A stretch of DNA of 64,000 bases from an uncultured Candidatus Saccharibacteria bacterium (GTDB taxonomy: Bacteria > Patescibacteriota > Minisyncoccia > Phycocordibacterales > DAORIS01), in the NCBI GenBank assembly GCA_964644035.1, contig CAZXUH010000001.1:323712-387711 (forward strand), given 5' to 3'. The notes below the pieces were generated by a model. The model was given only the letters and a program-made list of their open reading frames with translations. It was not told the DNA's origin and did no database searches. Numbering within the stretch: position 1 is the stretch's first letter; the number at the start of each line of letters is the position of its first letter. The position numbers were made by a program, and so were the translations under genes. This document shows, piece after piece, positions 1 to 10,253 of this stretch.

Positions 1-2398
1 TGTCTGAAGCATTTGCTGTAATTGTTGTAGTACCAGACACTGTCTCACCTGCGAGTGGAGATATTACAGAAACAACCGGCTTAGTAGTGTCTCCGACAGG
101 TGGAGTGCTCGTGCTTTGCGTGAGCGAGAAATTGTCGATCGTCAGTTCACCGACACCATTGAGCACAAGTCCTACTACAGCAGTCTGAGCGCCAGCAGGT
201 GTAGTAAACCTCCTATCAACACGTGTCCAACTAGGACCAGGCGCAGCATCACCGAGATCTATATATGTATATGTTCCATTGCCATAGCCGATTTGAACAA
301 CTCCACCTGCGCTGGTATTACCCATAAAGTAACCGGAGAAGTTGTATGAAGTGTTTGGAGCGATAGTAACAGGATTATGGAACCATTTTGCATCACCATC
401 GGTATAGCTCGACATAGAAACTTTGGCTGCATCAGCACCATCAAAACCTACAACGGGATATGTATACGTAACATTGTTGATACCGTATCCGCCACGAATC
501 CAAAATTCAGGCGTGTCAGCAGCACTTACTACTGCATCTTCAAGAGATGGATTTTGAATAAGATTGCCTGAAGTTTCAGGATTATTGTTGAGATAAAGGT
601 TAATACTCTTTGTATCGGTCAAACCACCTGAGTCTGTAACGGTCAGACGCACTTCTGTATATACGTCGGTTGCACTCTCATGATCGGGCGCTGGGAATGA
701 AGGATTTGGACCGTTGAGTGTCTGATAGGTATGAGTGTGAGTATTGTGATGAATGATCACGGTCCAGACGAGTTTGGAAACACTCGTAATCGTACCATCG
801 GCAGCATCGATACCATGTCCGGAAACAAAAATCGTATCTCCTATCTTGTATAGAGAACCATTTTCTGGCGAGCTGATGACAGCTGTCGGAGCCTGGTTGC
901 CAACCGTGATTGTCTTACTCTTAGTATTTTGTCCTCCCTGACCGTCAAATACTGTGAGTACAGCTGTATAAGAACCATTGGCAGCGTAGGTATGAACTGG
1001 GGCACTGCTTGTAGAAGTAGTTCCATCACCAAAATTCCAAAGATAGGTTAGAGGATTGCCGTCGGGATCTGAAGAACCAGTGGCTGAAAAATTGACCGTG
1101 AGCGGAGCGAGACCGTTGGTTGGAGCAGCATTGAGTACTGCATTTGGCTGACGATTGCCTGTTGTATACAAGAAGCGCTTGAGTTCACCGGTGTAGATAG
1201 CAAGATAATAAATGTTGCCATCGGGTCCACGATCGAGTGCGACCGGACCATTTGATCCATCGGCTGCCATCATGAAATTTTGTACTGAGACAAAACCATC
1301 TGCGGCATTGACCTCTACTCGCTTGATCCAGTTCTGAGCATAGTCACCAATAAAGAATGAGTTGTTGTAGGTGGAAGGATAGGCTGTAGGAAATGCGCCA
1401 GCAGCAATAGCTCCGGCACCATTACCATCGTGAGCGTAGGTGTAGAGAGGATTTACGTGTGGGTTAACATCACAGTTGTACCCAGTCGTTGTAGCATTAC
1501 CTTCTCGGCAAGGCCAACCGTAGTTGGCACCAGGGACAACTTTATTGACCTCTTCCCAATTGCTCCATCCGACATCGCCGACATAGAGCGCATTGTTTGA
1601 AGGGCGGAAATTGAAACGATAGGCATTGCGGAAACCGTAGGCATAGACCTTTGAACGGTTTGCTGTCGCGCTACCTGTATAGTAAGGATTATCAGAAGGT
1701 GCTGTACCATCAGCATTGATTCTCAATACTTTTCCGGCTAGAGCATCGAGATTTTGAGCACGCATAGCTCGAGGATCAACATATTCAAAGTGTGAACCAT
1801 CACCAAGCGTTACGTATAGTTTTCCATCAGGACCAAAACGCAATCCGCCAACACTATGACTTGGAGAATCGGAAGGAATACAATCAGCTGTTACGGCATA
1901 ACTTTCGCACGAAGGTGTAGCAAGCGTACCACCAATCGTACCAAGAATAACTGTCTTCGATGATTCATCGGCAACATCACCAATAACCTTTACTCTTACC
2001 AGTCTGCCTGTCTTAGGACCAGCAAAGTTGGTACCCGGAGTATTTTCATATGTATAAAGAAGAAAAAGATGACCGTTGGTAGAAAAGTTGGGATCAATAG
2101 CAATACCGATGAGTCCTCGATCGCCGTAGGTGTTGACGTCGGTGAGCTGTATCAGTGGAGTTGCAAGCACGGCACCATTTTTCCAAATACGCACTGCCCC
2201 ACCCTTTTCAGCGATAAAGATGCGACCATCTGGGGCAAAGGTAATGGCAGTCGGAAGAGTCAAACCACCGCTAAGCGTCTCCACCTCAAAACCTGCAGGC
2301 AAAGCTGCAAAAGCAGTGAGTGGTGCAATAGCGGAGAGTGCAATAGAGAAGAGAAACAGTACCGAAAAAAGACCCTGTCGTGCTGTAGTTTTATTCAT
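1..2398 (-). CDS. Secreted PQQ-dependent sugar dehydrogenase-like (GSDH beta-propeller) protein with PKD, CBM-like and Ig-like domains; 3' end runs off the window
   Basis: Not in the ORF track. My manual translation from the ATG at 2398 gives MNKTTARQGLFSVLFLFSIALSAIAPLTAFAALPAGFEVETL..PTAITFAPDGRIFIAEKGG..RGLIGIAIDPNF..HSVGGLRFGPDGKLYVTLGD..YAYGFRNAYRF..DVGWSNWEEVN..GANYGWP, then a PKD domain (SDPDGNPLTYLWNFGDG). The frame is open to position 1. Confidence 0.85.
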   Translation of the reverse strand, partial: MNKTTARQGLFSVLFLFSIALSAIAPLTAFAALPAGFEVETLSGGLTLPTAITFAPDGRIFIAEKGGAVRIWKNGAVLATPLIQLTDVNTYGDRGLIGIAIDPNFSTNGHLFLLYTYENTPGTNFAGPKTGRLVRVKVIGDVADESSKTVILGTIGGTLATPSCESYAVTADCIPSDSPSHSVGGLRFGPDGKLYVTLGDGSHFEYVDPRAMRAQNLDALAGKVLRINADGTAPSDNPYYTGSATANRSKVYAYGFRNAYRFNFRPSNNALYVGDVGWSNWEEVNKVVPGANYGWPCREGNATTTGYNCDVNPHVNPLYTYAHDGNGAGAIAAGAFPTAYPSTYNNSFFIGDYAQNWIKRVEVNAADGFVSVQNFMMAADGSNGPVALDRGPDGNIYYLAIYTGELKRFLYTTGNRQPNAVLNAAPTNGLAPLTVNFSATGSSDPDGNPLTYLWNFGDGTTSTSSAPVHTYAANGSYTAVLTVFDGQGGQNTKSKTITVGNQAPTAVISSPENGSLYKIGDTIFVSGHGIDAADGTITSVSKLVWTVIIHHNTHTHTYQTLNGPNPSFPAPDHESATDVYTEVRLTVTDSGGLTDTKSINLYLNNNPETSGNLIQNPSLEDAVVSAADTPEFWIRGGYGINNVTYTYPVVGFDGADAAKVSMSSYTDGDAKWFHNPVTIAPNTSYNFSGYFMGNTSAGGVVQIGYGNGTYTYIDLGDAAPGPSWTRVDRRFTTPAGAQTAVVGLVLNGVGELTIDNFSLTQSTSTPPVGDTTKPVVSVISPLAGETVSGTTTITANASD

Positions 2399-2528
2399 AA
2401 AATTCCGCTGAAATATATTATTTTTAATGACACTTTTCTATAGTATTTTTAATAAAATGTCAAAGCCGCCCGATAGAGAGCGGCTGCAGATATCATATCC
2501 TAAAAAATGGATTTTTACTTTAAAATTC

Positions 2529-4238
2529 CTATCTATCTGGCGGCACGTCGTAATAGTTGATGAGGAATTTGATAATATCTTGGAACGGCAATGTCAGTGT
2601 ATGCGAGGCATACTCTTCACCATGTGGTTCGACTGTATACATAAACACTAAGAATTCTGGATCATTGGCTGGGAAATAACCGAAGAATGAGTGCAGAAAT
2701 CTATCGTCATAATATCCCCCACCCGGTCTTGCAATCTGAGCTGTACCAGTTTTGGCTGCAATACTATAGTGCTCTTGTCTGACCTTACCTTCCAACAACG
2801 CTTTGTCGACAACTTGAGTAAGCATTTTTGATATCGTCTCAGAAGTTTGTTTTGAAAACACCTGCTCACCAAGACCCGGTTCAATATCTTTCCACAAACC
2901 GCTCGAGTACTCGATTTTTTTCACAATATGCGGAGTGATCATATATCCCCCGTTTCCAAGCGTAGCCAGAGCTCTGACTGTCTCAATCGGAGAAATGGCA
3001 ATACCCTGACCGAATGATGCTGTGACGAATTCGATATCGCGATTACTCTTGAGGTTGTCGACAAGACCTGAGACTTCATTGGGCAGATCGATACCGGTTT
3101 GCTCACCAAGTCCAAGACTGTACAAATACGTCCTGAAACGCGCATTGCCGAGCTTAGTAGCGACTGTCGCTACACCAGTATTGAGCGATTGGTTGAGCAC
3201 TTCTTGCATACTTACTACCCCACGACCTCGCAAGTCATAGTTATAAATAGTTTTATTGTTGAAGGTCATATTGCCTGGATCAAAGTAAGTGGTAGTTGGA
3301 GTGACGACGCCAGCATCGAGTCCGGCAGCCATGGTTAAAGGCTTAATGATCGATCCCATTTCATACACGCTCTGGACGAGTTGATTGGTGAAGACTGAAC
3401 CGTCTTTTTCTATTCTAAAAAAGTTGGGATCAAAGCTTGGATAGAGACCCATGGCATAGATAGCACCAGTCTTGGGATTAATGATCACTCCACCAGTGAG
3501 TTTGGAACTGTACTTTTTATTGACCCCAGCCAATTCTTTCTCAAAAAACATCTGTACATTTGGCTCGATGGTCGTCACGATATCACCTTGACCCTCTGCT
3601 TCGTATTTTATTGCTTTATTGATATGAGAAAAAATTTCAGCAAAGAAGTTGCTGTATAAGTTTTCACTGTCACGACTAAGGACATGATCATATTCTTTTT
3701 CTAGACCATACTGGGCTCCATACTGGTTCTGACCATTGTAACCAAGAAAGCCAATGACTTGTGAAGCAAGATTGCCTGTCGGATAATAACGCCACTGTTC
3801 TTTAAACAAACGCACTCCTGGGAGTTTGGCTGTTTCTATTTGTTTAGCTTGAGATTCTGTTAACTGATTGGCAATTTCTTCGTAAGGATCACTCTTTTTT
3901 CCTGCCCTATCCATAAACTGATCCTTTTCTAGCGGCAAGATAGCATTGAGCGTGTCATAGGTTTTTTCAAGATTGGTAATCAGCGTCGGATTGACCGCAA
4001 GCGTATAACCTGACTTGAGGGTGGCAGCACTTATCCTCGTACCATCCCGGGTTTCAAAAAAGATATTGCCTCGATCAAACACTCTACCTGTTGGATTGCT
4101 GTATTGCCTATCAGCCTTGTCATTGAACGCTTGATGCTGAACGATTTGAAGAATATAGAGTCTAAAAACCAGTAGAAATGCAAAAAGAATAAACGCCACC
4201 GAAATAACTCGTATACGGTTCCTGGAGACAGATCTCAT
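2529..4238 (-). CDS. ftsI: Class B penicillin-binding protein (FtsI/PBP3-like)
   Basis: N-terminal TM; motifs GSIIK (SxxK), SLN and KTGTAQ; lies downstream of mraZ-rsmH-ftsL. Confidence 0.85.
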   Translation of the reverse strand: MRSVSRNRIRVISVAFILFAFLLVFRLYILQIVQHQAFNDKADRQYSNPTGRVFDRGNIFFETRDGTRISAATLKSGYTLAVNPTLITNLEKTYDTLNAILPLEKDQFMDRAGKKSDPYEEIANQLTESQAKQIETAKLPGVRLFKEQWRYYPTGNLASQVIGFLGYNGQNQYGAQYGLEKEYDHVLSRDSENLYSNFFAEIFSHINKAIKYEAEGQGDIVTTIEPNVQMFFEKELAGVNKKYSSKLTGGVIINPKTGAIYAMGLYPSFDPNFFRIEKDGSVFTNQLVQSVYEMGSIIKPLTMAAGLDAGVVTPTTTYFDPGNMTFNNKTIYNYDLRGRGVVSMQEVLNQSLNTGVATVATKLGNARFRTYLYSLGLGEQTGIDLPNEVSGLVDNLKSNRDIEFVTASFGQGIAISPIETVRALATLGNGGYMITPHIVKKIEYSSGLWKDIEPGLGEQVFSKQTSETISKMLTQVVDKALLEGKVRQEHYSIAAKTGTAQIARPGGGYYDDRFLHSFFGYFPANDPEFLVFMYTVEPHGEEYASHTLTLPFQDIIKFLINYYDVPPDR

Positions 4239-4250
4239 CTCTCTATTATA

Positions 4251-4565
4251 TTATTCAATTGACCGTCGTGACAACCCGAGAGAAGGCTTAGAAATGTACC
4301 TTTTGGCTGCTACCTCCTTAAAACCGAGCTCCAATGCCCTTTCAGATGTAATACTGTTCTTTAATGAAATATATTTTGACTCCAATTCGCCGAGTTTGAC
4401 GGTGATTTCGCCCATATCCTTGTGAGCGTGTTGGCGATTGGCTGTAAAAGAGACCGTCTTAAACACCAAGGCCACATACATGACAATGAAACACAGGAGA
4501 AGTGCTATACCCGCCAAAAGCACGTAGTTCCCCATTGCATGTGATTGTGTCCTGGTGTAATTCAT
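4251..4565 (-). CDS. FtsL-like cell division protein
   Basis: Single TM plus coiled coil ending ERALELGF; sits at the ftsL position between rsmH and ftsI. Confidence 0.6.
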   Translation of the reverse strand: MNYTRTQSHAMGNYVLLAGIALLLCFIVMYVALVFKTVSFTANRQHAHKDMGEITVKLGELESKYISLKNSITSERALELGFKEVAAKRYISKPSLGLSRRSIE

Positions 4566-4574
4566 ATGTGTTTT

Positions 4575-5471
4575 TTATAATTTTTGTAAAATTCTGAGCT
4601 TTGCACTGCGAGAACGTGGATTTGCTCCTACTTCCTCGTCAGTTGCCACGATCGGCTTTTTAGTAATGATCGTAGCCACCTCCTTTTGTGACTGTTCCTT
4701 AAAAAAATTCTTTACGATTCTGTCTTCAAGACTGTGAAATGAAATGGCGCAAATCCGGCCGCCGGGTGCAAGGATTTCAAATGCCGCTTTGAGCCCTTGA
4801 TCGATAGAAGTCAACTCGCCATTGACTGCTATGCGTATTGCCTGAAATGTTCGTGTTGCCGGATGAATGCGACCGTGTAGATATGACTTGGGCACTGCAG
4901 CCGAGATAATCTCGACAAGCTCGCCCGTGGTCTCAATAGGATGAAGCTTGCGGGATTCGACAATAGCTTTGGCGATGCGCTTGGCATATCGCTCTTCACC
5001 GAAACCAAAAATAACGGTTTCGAGTGAAGACAATTCCCATGTGTTGACGACATCTTTGGCAGTAACATCCTGTTCACCAGGAGTACTTTTGAATGTCATG
5101 AGCAATGGTTCATCCTTTTTGAATCCAAATCCCCTGCCCGATTCGTATTGATCAGAGCTGAGACCAAAATCAAACAATACAGCGTCAGCGTGAGTGATTG
5201 AAAGCTGTTTGAGCACATTGCCTATATTGACGTATGAATCACAGATGAGATCAAACTGTGCATCGGTCGATGCGAGTTTTTTATTTGATCGCTCAATTGC
5301 TTCAGCATCGAGATCAATACCGACAATGCGCACATTTTTCTTATATGCTTTTGCTACTGCTTCGCTGTGACCACCACCATTGACGGTAGCGTCCACGAAT
5401 ACTTTTTCTTTCTTATCGGATCCCAGATTGAGACCTTGAAGACTTTCCTGTAAAAGAACTGGTATATGCAT
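4575..5471 (-). CDS. rsmH: 16S rRNA m4C1402 methyltransferase
   Basis: MHIPVLL, DATVNGGGHS, HPATRTFQAIRIAVN, ISFHSLEDRIVK, NPRSRSAKLR. Confidence 0.97.
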   Translation of the reverse strand: MHIPVLLQESLQGLNLGSDKKEKVFVDATVNGGGHSEAVAKAYKKNVRIVGIDLDAEAIERSNKKLASTDAQFDLICDSYVNIGNVLKQLSITHADAVLFDFGLSSDQYESGRGFGFKKDEPLLMTFKSTPGEQDVTAKDVVNTWELSSLETVIFGFGEERYAKRIAKAIVESRKLHPIETTGELVEIISAAVPKSYLHGRIHPATRTFQAIRIAVNGELTSIDQGLKAAFEILAPGGRICAISFHSLEDRIVKNFFKEQSQKEVATIITKKPIVATDEEVGANPRSRSAKLRILQKL

Positions 5472-5474
5472 ATG

Positions 5475-5909
5475 CTAAACGGCTCCTATCTCACCAAGCT
5501 TTTGAGCCATTGCATCAACCTCCCCTGCAACTTTCTGCTTGTACTTACTCCATCGTTCTTCATTCCAGATTTCTACCCTGTTGTGAACCCCGGCAAAGAT
5601 AACCTTGCTAGCGAGGCCGGCAAACTGTCGTAGAAAGTCAGGGATGAGGATGCGGCCGAGCGAATCAATATCAACTTCTGCTGCTCCCGCGAGCATGAAG
5701 CGATTGAATCCTCGACTGTCCGCCTGACCGATCGAAAGTGTTCCAAGCTTTTCAGCGATCTTCTTCCATTCTTTTTGGGAATACAAGAAGAGACAATTAT
5801 CAAGTCCATGTGTGATCACCACTGATTTGCCTAACTCTTTGCGAAACTTCACCGGCATCGAAATGCGGTTTTTCTCGTCTGCCGTGTGTGTATATTCGCC
5901 TATAAGCAT
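5475..5909 (-). CDS. mraZ: Transcriptional regulator MraZ
   Basis: MLIGEYTHTADEKNRISMPVKFR, GLDNCLFLY, DSLGRILIP, RVEIW. Confidence 0.97.
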   Translation of the reverse strand: MLIGEYTHTADEKNRISMPVKFRKELGKSVVITHGLDNCLFLYSQKEWKKIAEKLGTLSIGQADSRGFNRFMLAGAAEVDIDSLGRILIPDFLRQFAGLASKVIFAGVHNRVEIWNEERWSKYKQKVAGEVDAMAQKLGEIGAV

Positions 5910-5917
5910 ATTTCGTT

Positions 5918-5985
5918 TACCACATCATACCACTTTATTAATATTGTATACCACCAGCTACCCCACTACAACAGATTTATCCACA
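5918..5985 (-). promoter_or_regulatory. mraZ promoter with GTGG repeats (putative MraZ boxes) and a DnaA-box match
   Basis: CCAC on + at 5920, 5930, 5951, 5963 and 5981, flanking a minus-strand TACAAT -10; TTATCCACA at 5977-5985. Confidence 0.65.
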
Positions 5986-6098
5986 TAAATATAGAGAAAA
6001 ATGCCCTTTCGGGCATTTGGGTATAGAAGCCTGTTTTCCTTGTCTTTTTTAGTGTTAGGCGTAGTATAAAATCAGATATTTTTACAAAGGGAGTTCCT

Positions 6099-6593
6099 AT
6101 GAAAATCAGAAAATTCACTTTGTGTTTCCCGATCAGTGGTAACCGTGTTTTGTTGGGCAAAAAGACTGCCAAAATCGGCAAGGGTTTGTGGAATGGAATC
6201 GGCGGAAATGTCGAACCAACTGATAAGAGCATCGAAGATGCAGTCATTCGTGAAAATTTCGAGGAAGTCGGCATCGTCTGCGACATGGGCAACCTCGAAA
6301 AAAGAGCTGTCATACATTTTCACAATAACTGCGGCGACGACACGTCTTTCATGGCTGAAGTACACGTATATCTACTTCACCACTGGGAAGGAGAACCCAA
6401 AGAATCACCTGAACTTTCCAATCTGACGTGGTTCTCGATATATGCCCTACCTGTCGAAGAAATGATGTTGGCCGACAAAAAGTGGCTTCCCTTAATATTC
6501 GACGGCGAAATAATTCGGGCAAAATTTTGGTACGGACCAGGACAAAAAACCCTTGAGCGAGAGAGTCAGATTATGTCTGTCGATGAGCTCTGA
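6099..6593 (+). CDS. NUDIX hydrolase (MutT/MTH1-like 8-oxo-dGTPase)
   Basis: GKGLWNGIGGNVE..AVIRENFEEVG Nudix box; has its own SD (GGGAG) and terminator. Confidence 0.85.
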   Translation: MKIRKFTLCFPISGNRVLLGKKTAKIGKGLWNGIGGNVEPTDKSIEDAVIRENFEEVGIVCDMGNLEKRAVIHFHNNCGDDTSFMAEVHVYLLHHWEGEPKESPELSNLTWFSIYALPVEEMMLADKKWLPLIFDGEIIRAKFWYGPGQKTLERESQIMSVDEL

Positions 6594-6596
6594 AGC

Positions 6597-6627
6597 AAAA
6601 GAAGCGAATGGATTCGCTTCTTTTTTT
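6597..6627. terminator. Intrinsic terminator
   Basis: AAAAGAAGCGAAT-GG-ATTCGCTTCTTTTTTT between convergent genes. Confidence 0.8.
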
Positions 6628-6629
6628 AT

Positions 6630-6962
6630 TTATGAATATTTCGGCTCTAATATCGTCAATCGATTCTCATGATCATCTATCCTGGCATCAATCGCCTTTT
6701 TATCTGCATCCCGCATATCCTTGTGAACTGCATTTAGCATAAATACTTCCATGAGTTCATTGAGATGTTTGAAAGATTCTTCAGTCTTCTGCATAAATTG
6801 GAGAATGGAAGTTTTAACAATATTGATATCGGTCTCTATAAAAGACACTCTTGATTCAAGCATCTCTATCCGACTTTCCAAAGTATTAAGTTTATTAATA
6901 AATGTGGTATCCATATCGATAAGACGATCCCAAATATCTTGAAGAGTGATTTCCTTTTTCAT
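6630..6962 (-). CDS. Hypothetical coiled-coil protein
   Basis: Heptad-rich ORF ending IDDHENRLTILE; likely start MKKEIT. Confidence 0.6.
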   Translation of the reverse strand: MKKEITLQDIWDRLIDMDTTFINKLNTLESRIEMLESRVSFIETDINIVKTSILQFMQKTEESFKHLNELMEVFMLNAVHKDMRDADKKAIDARIDDHENRLTILEPKYS

Positions 6963-7061
6963 ACCAAAACTATAGCAAAAGAGGTATGAAGAAACGCTCA
7001 AAAAAGAATCAAATTTTTATAAAAAAATTAGATTCGACGAAGTCTCAGATTTGGGGATCTG

Positions 7062-7526
7062 CTATTTCACTTCTACGATCGTATATTCTGTTTTGCCTTT
7101 TGGAGTAGATACTGAAAAACTGTCACCTTTCTTTTTTCCAGACATAGCTTCTGCGAGCGGTGAGGTCATTGAGATTTTATTGCTTGCAACATCTGCTTCT
7201 TCAGAGCCCACAATCGTGTAGGTTGTTGGAGAACCATCTTTTTTCTTAATCGTCACTGTCGTACCAATCACCACTGTATCTGAGTGCTTGAGAGCCATAA
7301 TCACTGCAGATTTGAGCAATACTTCGAGCTTGCTGATGCGCTCTTCGAGATTCATCTGGGCTTCGCGAGCTTCGTGATATTCGGCATTTTCAGCCAAGTC
7401 TCCAAGCGCCTTTGAATATTCAAGGTTCTCAGCAATTTCCTTTCTTTTCTTGGTTTTGAGATCTTCGAGTTCAAGAGAAAGCTCTTCGTGCTTCTCTTTT
7501 GTGAGATATTGGGTGTCAGTTGCCAT
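7062..7526 (-). CDS. greA: Transcription elongation factor GreA
   Basis: LGDLAENAEYHEAREAQ, IVGSEEAD, ISMTSPLA. Confidence 0.96.
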   Translation of the reverse strand: MATDTQYLTKEKHEELSLELEDLKTKKRKEIAENLEYSKALGDLAENAEYHEAREAQMNLEERISKLEVLLKSAVIMALKHSDTVVIGTTVTIKKKDGSPTTYTIVGSEEADVASNKISMTSPLAEAMSGKKKGDSFSVSTPKGKTEYTIVEVK

Positions 7527-7569
7527 ACAGATTTATTAGCGTCTAAGTGTATAGTTTTCCCTGAAAAAG

Positions 7570-9243
7570 TCAATTGGCACTTATGTATTCTGGAGCAACG
7601 GTTTGAAGCTTCTGAAAGAACTGCGACATGATCGGTGAAGCTCCAAAAAGATTGAATCGTGAGCCCTTTTCCATGAGCAGTACAAATGCATATTTTGGCT
7701 TTTCATAAGGATAAAAACCAATGACCCAAGAATTGACCAGAGCCTTAGTTATACCGAGTTCTGCCGTACCGGTTTTACCCGCCATAGCAACAGGAAGTAT
7801 GTTTAAAGCTGCTGCAGTTCCATACTCAACCGAACCACGCATACCTTCCTGCGCAATATCAAAATAGACTGGATCAATATCAATATAACCATAGAGTTTT
7901 TTATTTGATTCATCACCTTTAAGGATAGTTGGCTCTATAAGCGTGCCTTTTGTAGCTACAGCTGCCAAGGCTCGGATGACCTGGATTGGCGTGACCTGGA
8001 AGCCATATTGCCCGATAGAAGTCAGATAGGTATCACCCACACGCCATGGATCACCATCGAAATTTTCTAGTTTCCATTCTGGTGTCGGCACCGTACCGAT
8101 CGATGACACAAAAAACGGAGACTTCATTGGTTCTGCAAATCCAAATAGATGCATATACTTGTCGATTCGGCTAATACCTAGACCTTTCTGATCGGCAAAT
8201 CCCCCACCTACAGCATAAAAATAAACGTCAGAAGAGACAGCAATTGCTCGACGCATGTCTACCCAGCCATGAGCTTTCCAGTCTCTAAAGATAGAAGGGT
8301 TTGATGGATTATATGGATTTGGAAGTGAGATAGAACCAGTACTGAGTATCTGTTTTTCTGGAGAAATAATATTTTCATTGAGCGCGGCAATCGACATGAA
8401 TGGTTTTACAATCGAACCAGGAGTATAGAGACCAGTAGAAATACGATCAATGAATGGCTTACTAGGATCTTGCAATGTTTTATTGATTTCAGACTGCGTA
8501 CCATTGGTCATCGTCTCAGAACTGTATTCGGGATACATAGCATAGGCAATGATTTCGCCTGTTTCCAAATCGATCATTGCTCCAGCACCACCTTGAAAGC
8601 CAACCTTATTGCCATTTTCATGCATAGTTTCATACAAAAGCGTCTGCACGCGACTGTCGATCGATAGAGCAACAGTTTCTCCGTGTATTGGCGGTTCCAA
8701 GACACTTTGACTACTAATATTTCCCCTAACGTCGGTTTCGGTCAGCTGTATGCCATGCGTACCGTTAAGTTTGTCATTATAAAAAAGCTCAGCACCAGCT
8801 TTTGGTACGTAGTCGGTATTGTAATAATTGCCCGAAGAATCCTTGGCGGGATATTTTACATAACCAAGAATATGAGAAAGGCCAGGAATATCCTTGTATC
8901 TACGCACAGCAAAACTACTTGATGTTGCACCTTGTTCATTCCACGCCAAAGCCACGCCATTGCGATCGGTAATAATACCCCTCTCCGAGAAAATAGTGAC
9001 ATGACGAAGTGTATTGTTTTCGCTTTTGACTGCAAAATTGCTTCCTTGGACAATCTGCAAATTGGTCAGACGAAATACAAACAATCCAAATATGGTTACA
9101 AAAGAAATAACAAAGAAAACCGCCGCTCGACGGCTAATCGGGTGTTCCATTTTGCCTTCAAACTGATGTACGTCGAATTCCGGCAGGTTTTTGGCATCTA
9201 CGAAAATGATATCCGGATCTATGTCGCGGCGGAAAATACTCAT
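7570..9243 (-). CDS. mrdA: Penicillin-binding protein 2
   Basis: PGSIVKP, SSDVYFY, SIGQ, GKTGTAE; downstream of mreBC. Confidence 0.9.
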   Translation of the reverse strand: MSIFRRDIDPDIIFVDAKNLPEFDVHQFEGKMEHPISRRAAVFFVISFVTIFGLFVFRLTNLQIVQGSNFAVKSENNTLRHVTIFSERGIITDRNGVALAWNEQGATSSSFAVRRYKDIPGLSHILGYVKYPAKDSSGNYYNTDYVPKAGAELFYNDKLNGTHGIQLTETDVRGNISSQSVLEPPIHGETVALSIDSRVQTLLYETMHENGNKVGFQGGAGAMIDLETGEIIAYAMYPEYSSETMTNGTQSEINKTLQDPSKPFIDRISTGLYTPGSIVKPFMSIAALNENIISPEKQILSTGSISLPNPYNPSNPSIFRDWKAHGWVDMRRAIAVSSDVYFYAVGGGFADQKGLGISRIDKYMHLFGFAEPMKSPFFVSSIGTVPTPEWKLENFDGDPWRVGDTYLTSIGQYGFQVTPIQVIRALAAVATKGTLIEPTILKGDESNKKLYGYIDIDPVYFDIAQEGMRGSVEYGTAAALNILPVAMAGKTGTAELGITKALVNSWVIGFYPYEKPKYAFVLLMEKGSRFNLFGASPIMSQFFQKLQTVAPEYISAN

Positions 9244-9479
9244 GTTTTATAAAATACGGTCTGTATTTTTACGTATTCTAGCACCATCAGCACTACTGCA
9301 GTAATGATGAGAGGAATAAAATACCAACTGCCGCCAATACCCAAAAAAGCAACGATGATCAAAGATTCATAATACTCTCTGAAAGTAACCATTAAGATTA
9401 AAACCAATAGACATGTCACATACCACGGTATGAACATAACAGATAGACAAACAAGAAGTGTAGCGAGAATTCTAAGCAT
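9240..9479 (-). CDS. Small membrane protein at the mreD position
   Basis: Very hydrophobic 79 aa protein between mreC and mrdA, overlapping the mrdA start. Confidence 0.55.
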   Translation of the reverse strand: MLRILATLLVCLSVMFIPWYVTCLLVLILMVTFREYYESLIIVAFLGIGGSWYFIPLIITAVVLMVLEYVKIQTVFYKT

Positions 9480-9482
9480 GTA

Positions 9483-10253
9483 TTATGAATCTATCTGCAC
9501 AAATTCAAGCTGATTGAAACCAATAGGCAATCTAAAACGAATCGTTGAAAATGGATCCGTATCGTCCGATTCAACATCTTCTACAGTACTATATGGAAAA
9601 AGTGTTTTGCTTGGCATTCGCACTATGTCACCCACCAAGACGCTGACCGATCGAGGTACTCGGGTCTCAAATACACCATTGCCACTTCCAAACGCTTCAT
9701 ACGATGTCGTACTTGAACCTATTTCTATTTCAGATTTCTGATCTGAGTTTGAAAACAAGGTTACATATGAACTAGCAGCACTGACTTCGCTTATGAGACC
9801 GATCGGTAGTGATGTAGATGCCGTGTAGACCTTCATACCGATTTCTATACCATCCTTTGTGCCTTTATTTAAAAGAAGTACATCATACATTGTGAAAGGA
9901 GGTCGAGACGTTACCCGAGCAAACATTTTGCCCGTAGATGTACTGCCAACGACGTCTTTTGCAAAATGTTCATACAGACGCAATTCATTGACCTTGGCCC
10001 GCAACACATCTCTTTCTGCTTTGAGAGTTTCGATCTGTGTTTCCAAACCATATTTTGAGCTAAACGTGCTTTTTACATACAACACTCCCCGATCGACGAC
10101 ATATCGTACTGGTTGCAAATATTCATAGGCACTTGTGGCAACAATCTTTATTACAAACACTCCACCAAAAAAAATTACCAAGAAAATAGCCAGGCGCAGC
10201 AGAATACTTCGTGGATTGCCGGTAGCTGGTCTATTTTTTTGGAGGTAACTCAT
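9483..10253 (-). CDS. mreC: Rod shape-determining protein MreC
   Basis: TM, coiled coil, LLLNKGTKDGIEIGMKV; follows mreB. Confidence 0.85.
   Translation of the reverse strand: MSYLQKNRPATGNPRSILLRLAIFLVIFFGGVFVIKIVATSAYEYLQPVRYVVDRGVLYVKSTFSSKYGLETQIETLKAERDVLRAKVNELRLYEHFAKDVVGSTSTGKMFARVTSRPPFTMYDVLLLNKGTKDGIEIGMKVYTASTSLPIGLISEVSAASSYVTLFSNSDQKSEIEIGSSTTSYEAFGSGNGVFETRVPRSVSVLVGDIVRMPSKTLFPYSTVEDVESDDTDPFSTIRFRLPIGFNQLEFVQIDS

Noticed and set aside
116-2651. Short ORFs listed in the track in this interval
   Set aside because: They are shadow frames of the long minus-strand GSDH gene (start 2398) and of ftsI.
5977-5985. oriC
   Set aside because: There is a single DnaA box, with no box cluster and no dnaA/dnaN nearby.
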